64,000 nt of DNA from Candidatus Multivoradales bacterium (GTDB taxonomy: Bacteria > Acidobacteriota > Thermoanaerobaculia > Multivoradales > J023). The stretch spans positions 326,088-390,087 of the forward strand of contig CBDFNS010000019.1 in the NCBI GenBank assembly GCA_965250305.1, given 5' to 3'. Of this stretch, positions 33,285-43,656 are shown one piece after another; position 1 is the first letter of the stretch; each line of letters begins with the position of its first letter. The position numbers and the translations under genes are program-made. Under the pieces are notes generated by a model that saw only the letters and a list, made by a program, of their open reading frames with translations, did not search any database and was not told where the DNA came from.

Positions 33285-33983
33285 CTAGGTGGCCTCGGGG
33301 CCGAATAGGGATAGGACTGGCAAGCCTTGCATTTCCCTCATTAGCTGCCTCTGGAGGCGTTCGCGAGCGGCTGTCAGCTCGCTCGACGCCAATCGATCTC
33401 CTAGCCGTTCCACCGCCAGGGCCAGTCGCTCATCGAGCTGGCCTTGCAGCGCTTTGGTTACCGGCACTGTCGCGAGCAACTCCGCATCGAGCACCCCGAG
33501 CTCGGTCTCGACCGTTTCGGGTGGACCGTGAATGGCCAGGACCTTCTCCCGCCAAACCTCGTATCCGGGCAAGGCAGTCGGTAGGGCATCGGCCAGCCGG
33601 CCCAATCGAGTCTCAACGTCGATTGAGTCTGGCTCCGCGGCAGTTGCAGGCGCCGTCAGCGCTTGCTCGGCTTTCCACGCTGTCTCGATTACCGGACGCC
33701 AATAGCGCAGACTGTAGAACTTGAGGGGCCGAGCACGCTTGTCTGGGTCTTCTTGCTCGAGCTTTTCAGCGAACAGCTCAACAAGCTTGTCCTCGATCAA
33801 CCGTAGCGGGATTCCCAAGTCATGCCACCGCTTCGCGACATGGTACTCCACCGGAGCAAGTAGCAGCGGAGCACCTCGCAGCCGGATGAACAGGGTTTCG
33901 ATCTTATGGAAGTATCCATAAGGTGTTTCGGCGGTAGGAGGGTCGTCTGCCCGGTCGGTCGGCGGCCGGACGCTACCCATCAA
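33285..33983 (-). CDS. hypothetical protein, translationally coupled to birA
   Basis: 232-aa ORF whose start overlaps the birA stop by 11 nt. No recognised family. Confidence 0.4.
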   Translation of the reverse strand: MMGSVRPPTDRADDPPTAETPYGYFHKIETLFIRLRGAPLLLAPVEYHVAKRWHDLGIPLRLIEDKLVELFAEKLEQEDPDKRARPLKFYSLRYWRPVIETAWKAEQALTAPATAAEPDSIDVETRLGRLADALPTALPGYEVWREKVLAIHGPPETVETELGVLDAELLATVPVTKALQGQLDERLALAVERLGDRLASSELTAARERLQRQLMREMQGLPVLSLFGPEAT

Positions 33984-34794
33984 GCTGCCGCCCAGGTGAG
34001 GCCGTTATCGATCGAACCGACCCGTCATGGAGCTCACCAGCAGCCAAAATACGTTCTTCACCACCCTCGATACCGAGTCGAAGGAATCCTCGGTGATCGA
34101 AACCACAGAACGTTCCTTCGACGGGCGCCTGTGCACCGCGGACACGTAGGAGATCGCCAATCTCGTGTACCGATATGCCTCGATAGGCCTCGAGCATCTC
34201 GTCAAACGGCGCCGCCAGGCATTCGTCCACACCATCGAGTAGGTCCGCTGCCAACGTGCCAAGCTCGAACGCCGCCGACCGTTCGGCGGCAACCGACGTC
34301 GCGTTCAGGGCCGGCTCCTCAACCACGGAGAGGGCGGTGTTGACACCGAAGCCGATCGCAGCGCCGCCGTGGGATTCTTCGCCCGCACCCACGACCTCGA
34401 TGAGAACGCCGCCGAGCTTGCGCCCAGCGACCAAGAGATCATTAGGCCACTTGAGTCGACATGGATGGTTGAGGTACCGATTGAGGACCCGACCCAATCC
34501 AACTGCGACGGCGATCGGCAGCACTGAAGCTTGTTCCGCCGACGCCAGGGGCCGAACCATCGAAGCGTAGATGCCGCCGCCTGGGTGGCTGACCCACTTC
34601 CGTCCGTCGCGTCCACGACCACATTCTTGTTGCCACGATACCAGGTCCATGGCCGGCGTTGCATCGCCTTCGCGCGCATAGTCACGGACGATTCGCTTGG
34701 CCAGGTCGTTGGTCGACCCAACCGTTGCCAGCACCACAACCCCTTTCTCTCCACGCCGAGCACGGAGATCCTGGGCAAAGCGAAGGAACGACAT
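33973..34794 (-). CDS. birA: biotin--[acetyl-CoA-carboxylase] ligase
   Basis: ATG at 34794 (MSFLRF…). …VVLATVGSTNDLAKRIV… and KWPNDLLVAGRKLGGVLIE are the BPL catalytic motifs. Confidence 0.75.
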   Translation of the reverse strand: MSFLRFAQDLRARRGEKGVVVLATVGSTNDLAKRIVRDYAREGDATPAMDLVSWQQECGRGRDGRKWVSHPGGGIYASMVRPLASAEQASVLPIAVAVGLGRVLNRYLNHPCRLKWPNDLLVAGRKLGGVLIEVVGAGEESHGGAAIGFGVNTALSVVEEPALNATSVAAERSAAFELGTLAADLLDGVDECLAAPFDEMLEAYRGISVHEIGDLLRVRGAQAPVEGTFCGFDHRGFLRLGIEGGEERILAAGELHDGSVRSITASPGRQLDG

Positions 34795-34820
34795 TGAGCA
34801 GGTTGTGAACGAGGAAACCG

Positions 34821-35975
34821 CTATTCGAGCTGCGACTCGAGCTCGCGAATGCGTTCCTTGATCACCACCTCTGCGAGATCTGGCACGACCTCCCACGCAA
34901 CCTCTCGGACCGCCTGGTCGCCAACCAACTCCGCGACACGTCGGGCAATCCGCTCGACGTCTTCATCGGAGAGTGATCCAAAGCCGTTGCCGTTGGTCGG
35001 TACTGATTCGTCGCTGGCTTGACGTTCGGCGGCCTCGGTGCGCGCGGATGCTACGGCGGCGATGTCGATCTCTGCCGTGACCTCGGACGCATCATCAGAC
35101 TCGCCCTCGGCAGCGATGTTAACCGGCTCAGGAGTGGCCACAGTAGGCGTTACGGTCGGCTCCACAGGCGTTACGGTCGGCTCCACGAACGTCGGAGCAG
35201 GCGGAACGTCTTCCTGCGAAATCGTGCCGATTGCCACGGTCTCGAGTGGCACGGTCTCGGGTGGCACGGTCTCGGGTGGCACGGTCTCGGGTGGCACGGT
35301 CTCGGGTGGCACGGTCTCGGGTGGCACGGTCTCGAGTGGTACGGTCTCGAGTGGTACGGCCTCGAGTGGTACGGCCTCGAGTGGTACGGCCTCGAGTGGC
35401 ACGCCCAGAGGTACAGGGTCGGGAGTCAGGTCAGCGAGATCGACCCGTGCCGTCGACGGGTCGGTGGTGTCGTCAACCGATGGCGCGTCATGGGCGCGAA
35501 ACACTCGGGTGGCATTGTCGTACACTTCAGCAGAAGGCGCCACTTGTGTGGGTTCGTCGAACTCGAAGAGCGGCTCGTCGACCGCCGGCGGAGCCGGTTC
35601 GGTCGAATTGGAAGCGCCCGCGGTGAGGCGGCTAACCTGACCGAGAAGATCTTGGGCATCAAACGGTTTCTTGAGATGGCCATCGGCACCGACCGCGGTG
35701 GCACGGCCTTCGTCGAATGGTTCGAACGTTCCCACGAGCAGCAGAACCGGGAGGCCGTCATACCGAGCCTTGGCCTGCTCGCACACGCTATAGCCATCCG
35801 AGCCAGGCATATGAACATCAGCGATGACGAGGTCGGGACGCGCTTGCTGCAACCAGTCCAGCGCCTCGTTGCCGCTACCGACTGCTGCGACTTCGAAATC
35901 TTCATCCATGAAGGTGAGTTCGACTACCTTCTGAATCGTCACACTGTCGTCCGCAAGCAGGATCGTCTTTGCCAT
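34821..35975 (-). CDS. response-regulator receiver protein with a long Pro/Glu/Thr/Val pentapeptide-repeat linker and a C-terminal helical domain
   Basis: N-terminal REC: MAKTILLADDSVTIQKVVELTF…DLVIADVHMPGSDGY…LPVLLLVG. Then (A/T)VP(L/P)E ×11. The C-terminus is …RIARRVAELVGDQAVREVAWEVVPDLAEVVIKERIRELESQLE. Confidence 0.7.
   Translation of the reverse strand: MAKTILLADDSVTIQKVVELTFMDEDFEVAAVGSGNEALDWLQQARPDLVIADVHMPGSDGYSVCEQAKARYDGLPVLLLVGTFEPFDEGRATAVGADGHLKKPFDAQDLLGQVSRLTAGASNSTEPAPPAVDEPLFEFDEPTQVAPSAEVYDNATRVFRAHDAPSVDDTTDPSTARVDLADLTPDPVPLGVPLEAVPLEAVPLEAVPLETVPLETVPPETVPPETVPPETVPPETVPPETVPLETVAIGTISQEDVPPAPTFVEPTVTPVEPTVTPTVATPEPVNIAAEGESDDASEVTAEIDIAAVASARTEAAERQASDESVPTNGNGFGSLSDEDVERIARRVAELVGDQAVREVAWEVVPDLAEVVIKERIRELESQLE
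35235..35399. repeat. 15-bp tandem repeat ×11 (cacggtctcg[a/g]gtgg and variants), in frame within the response-regulator gene
   Basis: Directly visible as eleven contiguous 15-mers with 1-2 substitutions. They encode PLEAV/PLETV/PPETV units. Confidence 0.9.
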
Positions 35976-36075
35976 CGGCCTCTCCGTTAAAGTTCACCGG
36001 AGGCTAGCACCCAGCCGCGCGGCAAGTCAATCGAAGCTGTTGAGTCAGCGAGGGTTAGCGTGGCGAGTACCGGAG

Positions 36076-39000
36076 CTAGAGATTGCGTCGATATTCACCG
36101 CCCACGGCGTACAAGGCGCTTGTGATCTGCCCCAAGCTGCAACACGTCGCTGCCGTCATCAATGCTTCGAACAAGTTGGCCCCCTCGAGTGCCGCGTGTT
36201 GCAATCGCGCCATCGCTTCGGTCGCGCGATCGGCGTACCGGGCGTGCAATGCGTCCAGGAGTTCGAGGGCTTCTTGCTTCTCCTCCTCGGTTGCGCGGGA
36301 GAGCGCTACGTCGCCCGGAGTTTGGGCCTGGGACTCGTCGCGGGGCAAGAAGGTATTGACCCCGATGATGGGCAACGATCCATCGTGCTTGAGGTGCTCG
36401 TACTTGAGGGAATCGTCTTGGATTACACCCCGCTGGTATTGCAACTCCATCGCGCCCAGAACCCCACCGCGCGCGGTGATGGCATCGAAGATCTCCCACA
36501 CGGCCTCCTCCACCAAATCCGTAAGCTCCTCGATGATGAAGCTTCCCTGGGTGGCGTTCTCGCAGAAAACCAGGCCAAACTCTTTGTTGATAATCAACTG
36601 AATCGCCATGGCGCGCCGGACGGACTCTTCGGTCGGCGTGGTGATGGCTTCATCATAGGCATTCGTGTGTAGACTCTGAGCATTGTCGTAGGTCGCCAAG
36701 AGTGCCTGGAGGGTCGTGCGAATATCGTTGAACTGGATCTCCTGTGCGTGCAGGCTCCGACCACTTGTCTGGATGTGGTATTTGAGTTTCTGGCTCCGTT
36801 CGTTGGCGCCGTAGCGATCACGCATGGCGACGGACCAAATACGACGCGCTACTCGGCCGATCACGCTGTACTCTGGATCCATGCCGTTGGAAAAGAAAAA
36901 GCTCAGGTTGGGCGCAAAGTCGTCAATATTCATCCCGCGCGCCAGGTAATACTCGAGGTAGGTGAATCCGTTGGCCAAGGTGAAGGCAAGCTGATGGATC
37001 GGATTGGCCCCTGCTTCGGCGATGTGGTAGCCACTGATCGAAACGCTATAGAAGTTCCGGACCCCATGCTCGATGAAGTAGGCCTGCACATCGCCCATCA
37101 AGCGCAGCGCAAACTCCGTCGAGAAGATGCATGTGTTCTGTCCCTGATCTTCCTTGAGAATATCGGCCTGAACCGTTCCGCGAACCTGGCGCAGAGTGTC
37201 GGCTGAGATGCGTTGGTACGTCTCGTCGTCCAGCAAGACGCGAACGTCTTCCCAGGTTGCACCACGCAGGCGGTCTGGCTGAAGCTCTTCGGCCTCGGAG
37301 ATTTTCAGCTTGCCTTCCTGCCGGAGAAAGCGTCGGCACTGTTGCCGGATGGCAGCGTTGAAATAGAACGCGAGAATGGTCGGTGCCGGCCCGTTGATGG
37401 TCATCGACACCGACGTCGCCCGGTCGCACAAATCAAACCCGGCATAGAGCTGCTCAGCCTCGTCGACGCTGAAAATCGAGACGCCGCTCTCGCCGACTTT
37501 GCCATAGACGTCAGGGCGCGGACCCGGATCCTCACCGTATAGCGTCAAGGAATCAAATGCGGTCGACAACCGCTTGGCGGGTTGGGTATCGGCCAAGTAG
37601 TGGAAGCGCCGATTGGTACGCGCCGCACTGCCTTCGCCGGCGAACATCCGGGTCGGGTCCTCCGCCTGACGCTTGAAGGGAAAGACGCCCGAGGTGAACG
37701 GGAACTCGCCTGGAACATTCTCCAGCAACCGCCAAGCAAGTCGGTCGCCAGCCCCACGAAAACGTGGCAAGGCGACCTTGGACACCTGGGTTTCGGACAA
37801 AGATTCGCGATGGTTGCGAACCACAACGGCGCGACCACGCACATGATAGGTAAAGTTCTCGGCCCGATAGGCTGCGGTAAAGTCGTCCCACCCTTCGAGC
37901 TTCGCCCGGTTCTTTTCGTCGAGCGCCTCGAGACTGACGTCGTGTGCTTCGGCGACCGCCGCGGTTGTGGCATCTTCTTCCGTGTCGGCTAGGGACTGCC
38001 ATTTAGCACCAGGGTCGCGTCCTAGACGCGCCAAGGCACGCCGCAAGCCATCGACATCGGCAGCGGTATCAGCCTGCTGCTGTGCCCATGCGCGGTACTG
38101 CCGTCCTGTGTCGGCGACATCACTCAGGTACCGTTCGCGCCCCATTGGAATGATCGAAGTCGCTCCGGCGGTGACCCGGACCGACGAAGACGAGGAGCCA
38201 CTCTTCCAACCAAGATCAAAGCGCTCGTTGAGTTGCTCGATCAGGTAAGCGTAGAGTGCATCGACGCCGGGGTCGGCAAACTGGGCTGCGCTGGTGCCGA
38301 ATACCGGCAAGCTAGTGAGGGCCTCGTCAAATCGATTTTGATTGCGCTGGAGTTGTTTGCGGACGTCGCGTAGCGCGTCCTCACTGCCCCGCCGGGTGAA
38401 CTTGTTGATCACCACCACGTCGGCAAAGTCCAGCATGTCAATCTTCTCGAGCTGGCTCGGGGCACCGTATTCCGCGGTCATGACGTACATCGCGAGATCA
38501 CAGATCTCGGTGATCGAACTGTCACCCTGACCAATCCCGGCCGTTTCGACGACCACCAGGTCAAACGCCTCACTCATCAACCCAGCGACCTCCTCGATGG
38601 CGTCAGCCAACTCCCCCTTTGCGCCACGCGTTGCCAATGAACGCATAAACACGCGGTTGTTGCGCAAGGAGTTGAACCGGATCCGATCACCGAGCAACGC
38701 GCCACCCGTGCGGCGGCGCGTGGGATCGACACACAGGACTGCGATCCGTTTGTCATCAAAATCACTCAGAAAGCGGCGCACCAACTCGTCGATCAGGCTC
38801 GACTTGCCTGCGCCGCCGGTACCCGTGATTCCGATCACGGGCGCCTTACGGGCCTGTTGGCCTGCTGCCGCCCGTTCTTCCGAGTCCACCTCAGAGGGCG
38901 TTGGGCTGCTTCCATTGAGCCCGAGCTCGGCCCGCGTAATGCGGCGCGACAGATGTTGCCGAGCACCACCGCCGTTCAATGCGAGCCCCGCGACATCGAA

Positions 39001-39432
39001 GTCACAGGTCTCGACGACATGGTTGATCATGCCTTGCAAACCCAAGGTGCGGCCGTCATCAGGCGAGAAGATCCGATCGATGCCCGCCTCGTGGAGCGCT
39101 TCGATTTCACGCGCCACGATGGTTCCGCCGCCACCTCCGAATATACGCACATGGCGCCCACCTTGCTCATCGAGGCGCTGGCGGAGGTACTGGAAGAACT
39201 CCATGTGTCCGCCCTGATAGCTGGTGATCGCGACCCCCTGGGCGTCCTCCTGAACCGCGGCGTCGACGATGTCCTCGACGCTACGGTTGTGGCCCAGGTG
39301 GATCACCTCCACGCCCGTCCCTTGCAGGATGCGGCGCATGATGTTGATCGAGGCGTCGTGGCCATCGAACAGGGAGGTCGCGGTGACCAGACGAACGGCG
39401 TGCTTGGGGCTGTAAGGCTCGATGATGCTCAT
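36076..39432 (-). CDS. icmF: fused isobutyryl-CoA mutase (B12-binding domain, MeaB-like G-protein and mutase catalytic domain)
   Basis: ATG at 39432 (MSIIEPYSP…). N-terminal B12-binding domain (LFDGHDASINIMRRILQ). Central MeaB GTPase P-loop GITGTGGAGKSSLIDEL. ~600-aa methylmalonyl-CoA-mutase-like TIM-barrel substrate domain. Confidence 0.85.
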   Translation of the reverse strand: MSIIEPYSPKHAVRLVTATSLFDGHDASINIMRRILQGTGVEVIHLGHNRSVEDIVDAAVQEDAQGVAITSYQGGHMEFFQYLRQRLDEQGGRHVRIFGGGGGTIVAREIEALHEAGIDRIFSPDDGRTLGLQGMINHVVETCDFDVAGLALNGGGARQHLSRRITRAELGLNGSSPTPSEVDSEERAAAGQQARKAPVIGITGTGGAGKSSLIDELVRRFLSDFDDKRIAVLCVDPTRRRTGGALLGDRIRFNSLRNNRVFMRSLATRGAKGELADAIEEVAGLMSEAFDLVVVETAGIGQGDSSITEICDLAMYVMTAEYGAPSQLEKIDMLDFADVVVINKFTRRGSEDALRDVRKQLQRNQNRFDEALTSLPVFGTSAAQFADPGVDALYAYLIEQLNERFDLGWKSGSSSSSVRVTAGATSIIPMGRERYLSDVADTGRQYRAWAQQQADTAADVDGLRRALARLGRDPGAKWQSLADTEEDATTAAVAEAHDVSLEALDEKNRAKLEGWDDFTAAYRAENFTYHVRGRAVVVRNHRESLSETQVSKVALPRFRGAGDRLAWRLLENVPGEFPFTSGVFPFKRQAEDPTRMFAGEGSAARTNRRFHYLADTQPAKRLSTAFDSLTLYGEDPGPRPDVYGKVGESGVSIFSVDEAEQLYAGFDLCDRATSVSMTINGPAPTILAFYFNAAIRQQCRRFLRQEGKLKISEAEELQPDRLRGATWEDVRVLLDDETYQRISADTLRQVRGTVQADILKEDQGQNTCIFSTEFALRLMGDVQAYFIEHGVRNFYSVSISGYHIAEAGANPIHQLAFTLANGFTYLEYYLARGMNIDDFAPNLSFFFSNGMDPEYSVIGRVARRIWSVAMRDRYGANERSQKLKYHIQTSGRSLHAQEIQFNDIRTTLQALLATYDNAQSLHTNAYDEAITTPTEESVRRAMAIQLIINKEFGLVFCENATQGSFIIEELTDLVEEAVWEIFDAITARGGVLGAMELQYQRGVIQDDSLKYEHLKHDGSLPIIGVNTFLPRDESQAQTPGDVALSRATEEEKQEALELLDALHARYADRATEAMARLQHAALEGANLFEALMTAATCCSLGQITSALYAVGGEYRRNL

Positions 39433-39564
39433 GTTCCGGATTTCGAGGTGTTCGGGTTGGGGCCACGGCGCGGTCGCCAAGGCCTTTACAACCTTACCGC
39501 AGTCCGCCGCTCGCGCGGGGGTGTCGCGCGTGGCATGATTCGCAGCCAAGGAGGCCCTGGCTCA

Positions 39565-40815
39565 ATGTCATTCACCGCCGAAGAAAGCGCTCGCTGCCGT
39601 CACGATTTTCCCGCACTTGGACGCCGGCTGGACGATGGTACGTCGTGTGCGTTTCTCGATGGTCCCGCGGGAACACAGGTGCCGAGCGTCGTGATCGACG
39701 CGGTTTCCGGCTACTACCATAAGGTCAGCGCCAACACCCAAGGCCAGTTCGTCACCTCGATCGAGTCCGATGCGGTCGTCGATGAGGCCCGAGCCGCGGT
39801 CGCCGATTTCGTCGGATCGAAAGAGGGCGGAACGATCTCGATCGGTGCCAACATGACCACCCTCAGTTTCTCGCTCAGCCACGCGATCGGCCGAACCCTC
39901 GAGGCTGGCGACGAGGTCGTCCTGACCCAGCTTGATCACGAGGCGAATCGGGGACCGTGGCTGCAGTTGGAGCGCCAAGGTGTGGTCATCCGTGAATTGC
40001 TCCTTCGGCCCGACGGCACCCTCGACCCCGAGAGCTACGCCGTGATCGGTCCCAAGACCAAGTTGGTAGCAATGGGCTTGGCGTCGAACGCGCTCGGAAC
40101 GGTCAACGATGTCGCGACGATCCGGCGTCTTGCCCATGACGTGGGGGCGCTCCTGCTGCTGGATGCCGTGCACTACGCACCGCACTTCCCCATCGATGTC
40201 CGCACATTGGACCCCGATTTCCTCTTGTGCTCGGCCTACAAGTTCTATGGGCCGCATGTCGGCTTGCTTTATTCCCGACCGGGCTTGCTCGCTTCGCTGC
40301 CCACCGACGTGCTTCACACCCAATACCCCGGCGCGCCGTATTGCATCGAGACCGGAACACTGAACCATGCGGCACTCGCTGGCGTGACCACAGCCATCAA
40401 CTATCTGGCGTCCTGGGGCAAGGGCGGCAGCCGGCGAGCGTGCCTGGTCGACGCCATGACCGCCATCGGCGCCTATGAACATACCGTCGCACGTCGGTAC
40501 TACCGTCGGGTGATCGACCTACGTGGCATCACGGTTTGGGGCCCTGACTTCGAAAGCGCATATCGCGCCCCGACCGTCTCCGTTACGATCGAAGGGATGC
40601 ACCCCACAACGGTCGCCAAGGCGTTGGGGTCGCAGGGCATCTTCGTTTGGGACGGTGACTTCTTTGCCGCCCGCCCGGTCGAGGTTCTCGGGCTGGCAGC
40701 GGGTGGCGGCCTTCTGCGGGTGGGTATGTCGATGTACAACGCCAACGCCGAGATCGATCGCCTTATCGATGCGCTCGATCAATTCGTTGGCCAACGATCC
40801 GTTGTTGCGATGTGA
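39565..40815 (+). CDS. aminotransferase class V-fold PLP-dependent enzyme (cysteine desulfurase/SufS-like)
   Basis: SD AAGGAGG lies 11 nt before the ATG at 39565. PLP-lysine context SAYKFYGPH. The fold matches class-V aminotransferases. The longer listed ORF start overlaps icmF and is discounted. Confidence 0.7.
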   Translation: MSFTAEESARCRHDFPALGRRLDDGTSCAFLDGPAGTQVPSVVIDAVSGYYHKVSANTQGQFVTSIESDAVVDEARAAVADFVGSKEGGTISIGANMTTLSFSLSHAIGRTLEAGDEVVLTQLDHEANRGPWLQLERQGVVIRELLLRPDGTLDPESYAVIGPKTKLVAMGLASNALGTVNDVATIRRLAHDVGALLLLDAVHYAPHFPIDVRTLDPDFLLCSAYKFYGPHVGLLYSRPGLLASLPTDVLHTQYPGAPYCIETGTLNHAALAGVTTAINYLASWGKGGSRRACLVDAMTAIGAYEHTVARRYYRRVIDLRGITVWGPDFESAYRAPTVSVTIEGMHPTTVAKALGSQGIFVWDGDFFAARPVEVLGLAAGGGLLRVGMSMYNANAEIDRLIDALDQFVGQRSVVAM

Positions 40816-40979
40816 GTCCATTTCGGACAGCTCGCCGCGCCGTACTCGCGGTGCTCTTGGTCGCGTTGACGATTGAAGCCAACGACGCCCTCGTTGACTG
40901 GATCGTTGATGCGTTGGCCACCTCTGGTGCCGATTGATACCAGCGCTGGCAAGGATTCGAACGCATCATTCGAGCTCAG

Positions 40980-41513
40980 TCACGCCCGCCTCGACCCAAC
41001 TGGCCGATGCTCGAACCGGATCACCCCAGGCTCCGAGGCCGAGTCAACCTGAACAAAGCCAGCCTTCTGAAGGACGCCGATCGACGGCGTTAGATCAGGC
41101 AACGTCTCGGCAATCACATGCCCTACGGTGGACTCCTGGTATGCAAAATCGAGCAAGCCACCGACGGCCTCTGTCGCAAAGCCTTGGCGTTGAAAGGCGG
41201 GTAGGACCGAATAACCAATCTCCACCGATTCTTCGAACGGTGGCCCCTTGAAGCCACCCGCACCGACCGCAATGCCACCATGGCCTTCGGAACGGAGGAG
41301 GAAGTAGTGAAATCCCCATCGCTCGAAGGCTGGGTTCTCGGCAATTTGATCGAGCATCCACCGTGTCGCATCCTCATCGTAAAGCGGTGGCGGCCAGGCA
41401 GCTGGCACTTCGGCGCCAAGGACCCTGGCGAGATGGTCTCGTCCGTCGAGCTCGGCGCGAAGGGTAGCCGCGGTACCCGGTATGAGGTCGAGACGTTGCG
41501 TTCTGATGGGCAT
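40980..41513 (-). CDS. GNAT-family N-acetyltransferase
   Basis: …WGFHYFLLRSEGHGGIAVGAGGFKG…QRQGFATEAVGGLLDFAY… matches the RimJ/RimL-like acetyl-CoA binding core. Start assumed at the internal ATG (MPIRTQRLDL). Confidence 0.65.
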   Translation of the reverse strand: MPIRTQRLDLIPGTAATLRAELDGRDHLARVLGAEVPAAWPPPLYDEDATRWMLDQIAENPAFERWGFHYFLLRSEGHGGIAVGAGGFKGPPFEESVEIGYSVLPAFQRQGFATEAVGGLLDFAYQESTVGHVIAETLPDLTPSIGVLQKAGFVQVDSASEPGVIRFEHRPVGSRRA

Positions 41514-41552
41514 AGGCTCCTGCGTGGATTTACAACGAGAAATGGGCAACCG

Positions 41553-43547
41553 CTATCCCGTATAGATCTCGAGTTCTTTCAGCTCCTTCAGCTGATCGCG
41601 AATCGCCGCGGCTTCCTCGAATTCGAGGTTTTTGGCAGCGGTCTTCATTCTCTTCTCGAGATCTTTGATGCGCTCTCGCAACGGCCGGCCATCGTCCTCC
41701 GCGACCGCGGAGAAGCCTGGATGTTCCGTTGAGTACAGGTCGAGGTTGGCCATGGCGACCAAAGGGTTGTGGATCTCCTTGATGATGGTCTTGGGCTCGA
41801 TGCCGTGCTCCTCGTTGTAGGCGTGCTGCCGCTTACGACGACGGCGGGTCTCGCGCAGTGCACGACGGATGGAATCTGTTTCGCGGTCGGCGTAGAAGAT
41901 CACCCGTCCTTCCAAGTTACGCGCTGCCCGACCGGCGGTCTGGACCAACGACGTCTCGGAGCGTAGGAAGCCTTCCTTGTCCGCGTCGAGGATCGCGACC
42001 AGGGCAACCTCCGGCAGATCCAGACCCTCACGCAACAGGTTGATGCCCACCAGGATGTCGAAGGATCCCTTGCGCAGCTCGGTGAGGATCTCGGTCCGCT
42101 CCAACGTCACGATGTCGCTGTGCATGTAGCGAACGCGCATGCCCAACTCGGTCATGTACTGGGTGAGCTCCTCCGCCATTCGCTTGGTCAAAGTGGTGAC
42201 CAAGACCCGCTCCCCGCGCGCGGCGACGGCCTTCGCCACGCCGATGAGGTCATCGACCTGGCCCTGCGCCGGACGTACCTCGATCACCGGGTCGAGCAAC
42301 CCGGTTGGACGGATGAGTTGCTCGGCAATGACCCCGCCCGCCTGCTCCAACTCCCACTCTTTGGGCGTCGCGGAGACGAAAATTCGCTGACCGGGACGGG
42401 CGTCGAACTCTTCGAAGGTCAACGGTCGGTTGTCGAGTGCGCTGGGCAGCCGGAATCCGTGCTCCACCAAGGTCTGCTTCCGTGAACGATCACCGTTGAA
42501 CATGGCACGCACCTGAGGAATCGTCTGGTGCGACTCGTCGATAACCATCAGCGGTGACTCGGGGAAATAGTCGAGCAGGGTCGGCGGTGGCTCTCCGGGT
42601 GCGCGGCCGGTGAGGTGACGCGAGTAGTTCTCGATCCCATGACAAACACCCATCTCTCGTAGCATCTCGAGGTCGAACCGCGTCCGCTGTTCCAGGCGTT
42701 GGCGTTCGAGCAGGCGGCCCTCGCTCTCGAGTTGCGCCAGGCGCTCGGTGAGCTCGAGGCCGATGGTCTTGATTGCCGCCTCGGTCTTTTCCTTCGGCGT
42801 CACGTAGTGGCTGGTGGGATAGACACTAACCTCCTGGACCTCCTGTAGCACCTCACCGCGCAGAACATCGATCCGGGAGATACGCTCGACCTCGTCGCCG
42901 AAGTACTCGATCCGCAAGCCGACGTCTTCGTAGGGCGGAAGGATCTCGAGTACATCGCCCCGCGCGCGGAAGGCACCGTGGAAAAGATCGAGCTGGGTAC
43001 GCTCGTACTGCATGTCCACGAGCTTGCACAGGGCCAGGTCCATACCTTGATCGTCGCCGACTTCGAAGAAGTGCAACATGCCACGAAAGGACTCCGGCGA
43101 ACCGAGACCGTAGATGCACGAAACCGACGCGACCACCAGTACATCCCGACGCTCAAAAAGCGACTTGGCAGCCCGCACCCGCAGCCGCTCGATCTCTTCG
43201 TTGATCGAGGATTCCTTCTCGATGTAAGTGTCCGATTGCGGAACATAGGCTTCTGGTTGGTAGTAGTCGTAGTACGAGACGAAGTACTCCACCGAGTTGT
43301 TCGGGAAGAAACTCTTGAATTCCTGGTAGAGCTGAGCTGCCAGCGTCTTGTTGTGGGACAGCACCAGGGTTGGCCGGTTGATTGCCTCGACCACCTGCGC
43401 GATGGTGAAGGTCTTGCCGGACCCGGTAACCCCGAGCAAGACCTGATCGCGATCGCCAGCTTCGATCCCCCCTACCAGCTGGCGGATCGCCTCCGGTTGG
43501 TCACCGCTCGGCGTGAACTGCGAGACGATCTGAAAGTCGGGCATCAC
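41553..43547 (-). CDS. uvrB: excinuclease ABC subunit B
   Basis: 664 aa. Walker [11 protein letters not shown]. Helicase motifs. C-terminal UvrB/UvrC-interaction domain ([15 protein letters not shown]). Confidence 0.95.
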   Translation of the reverse strand: MMPDFQIVSQFTPSGDQPEAIRQLVGGIEAGDRDQVLLGVTGSGKTFTIAQVVEAINRPTLVLSHNKTLAAQLYQEFKSFFPNNSVEYFVSYYDYYQPEAYVPQSDTYIEKESSINEEIERLRVRAAKSLFERRDVLVVASVSCIYGLGSPESFRGMLHFFEVGDDQGMDLALCKLVDMQYERTQLDLFHGAFRARGDVLEILPPYEDVGLRIEYFGDEVERISRIDVLRGEVLQEVQEVSVYPTSHYVTPKEKTEAAIKTIGLELTERLAQLESEGRLLERQRLEQRTRFDLEMLREMGVCHGIENYSRHLTGRAPGEPPPTLLDYFPESPLMVIDESHQTIPQVRAMFNGDRSRKQTLVEHGFRLPSALDNRPLTFEEFDARPGQRIFVSATPKEWELEQAGGVIAEQLIRPTGLLDPVIEVRPAQGQVDDLIGVAKAVAARGERVLVTTLTKRMAEELTQYMTELGMRVRYMHSDIVTLERTEILTELRKGSFDILVGINLLREGLDLPEVALVAILDADKEGFLRSETSLVQTAGRAARNLEGRVIFYADRETDSIRRALRETRRRRKRQHAYNEEHGIEPKTIIKEIHNPLVAMANLDLYSTEHPGFSAVAEDDGRPLRERIKDLEKRMKTAAKNLEFEEAAAIRDQLKELKELEIYTG

Positions 43548-43656
43548 TTACCTCTGAGGAACAGTTGAACTCGGCGGTGGTCACCGAACGAGCCGATCAT
43601 CATAGCATCCAGCGACGCCCTCTCTGGCCCCGACGAACCGCTATACTGATGCCCGC

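Noticed and set aside
35019-35990. 323-aa plus-strand ORF with GLGWH/GLEWY repeats
   Set aside because: It is the antisense reading of the response regulator's 15-bp tandem repeats, an artefact of the repeat.
36040-36672. 210-aa plus-strand ORF at the 3' end of icmF
   Set aside because: Antisense shadow ORF within the IcmF mutase domain.
38857-39564. 5' extension of the aminotransferase ORF (listed from 38857)
   Set aside because: The extension overlaps the icmF N-terminal coding region on the other strand. A strong SD plus ATG at 39565 and the start of PLP-enzyme homology (MSFTAEES…) mark the real start.
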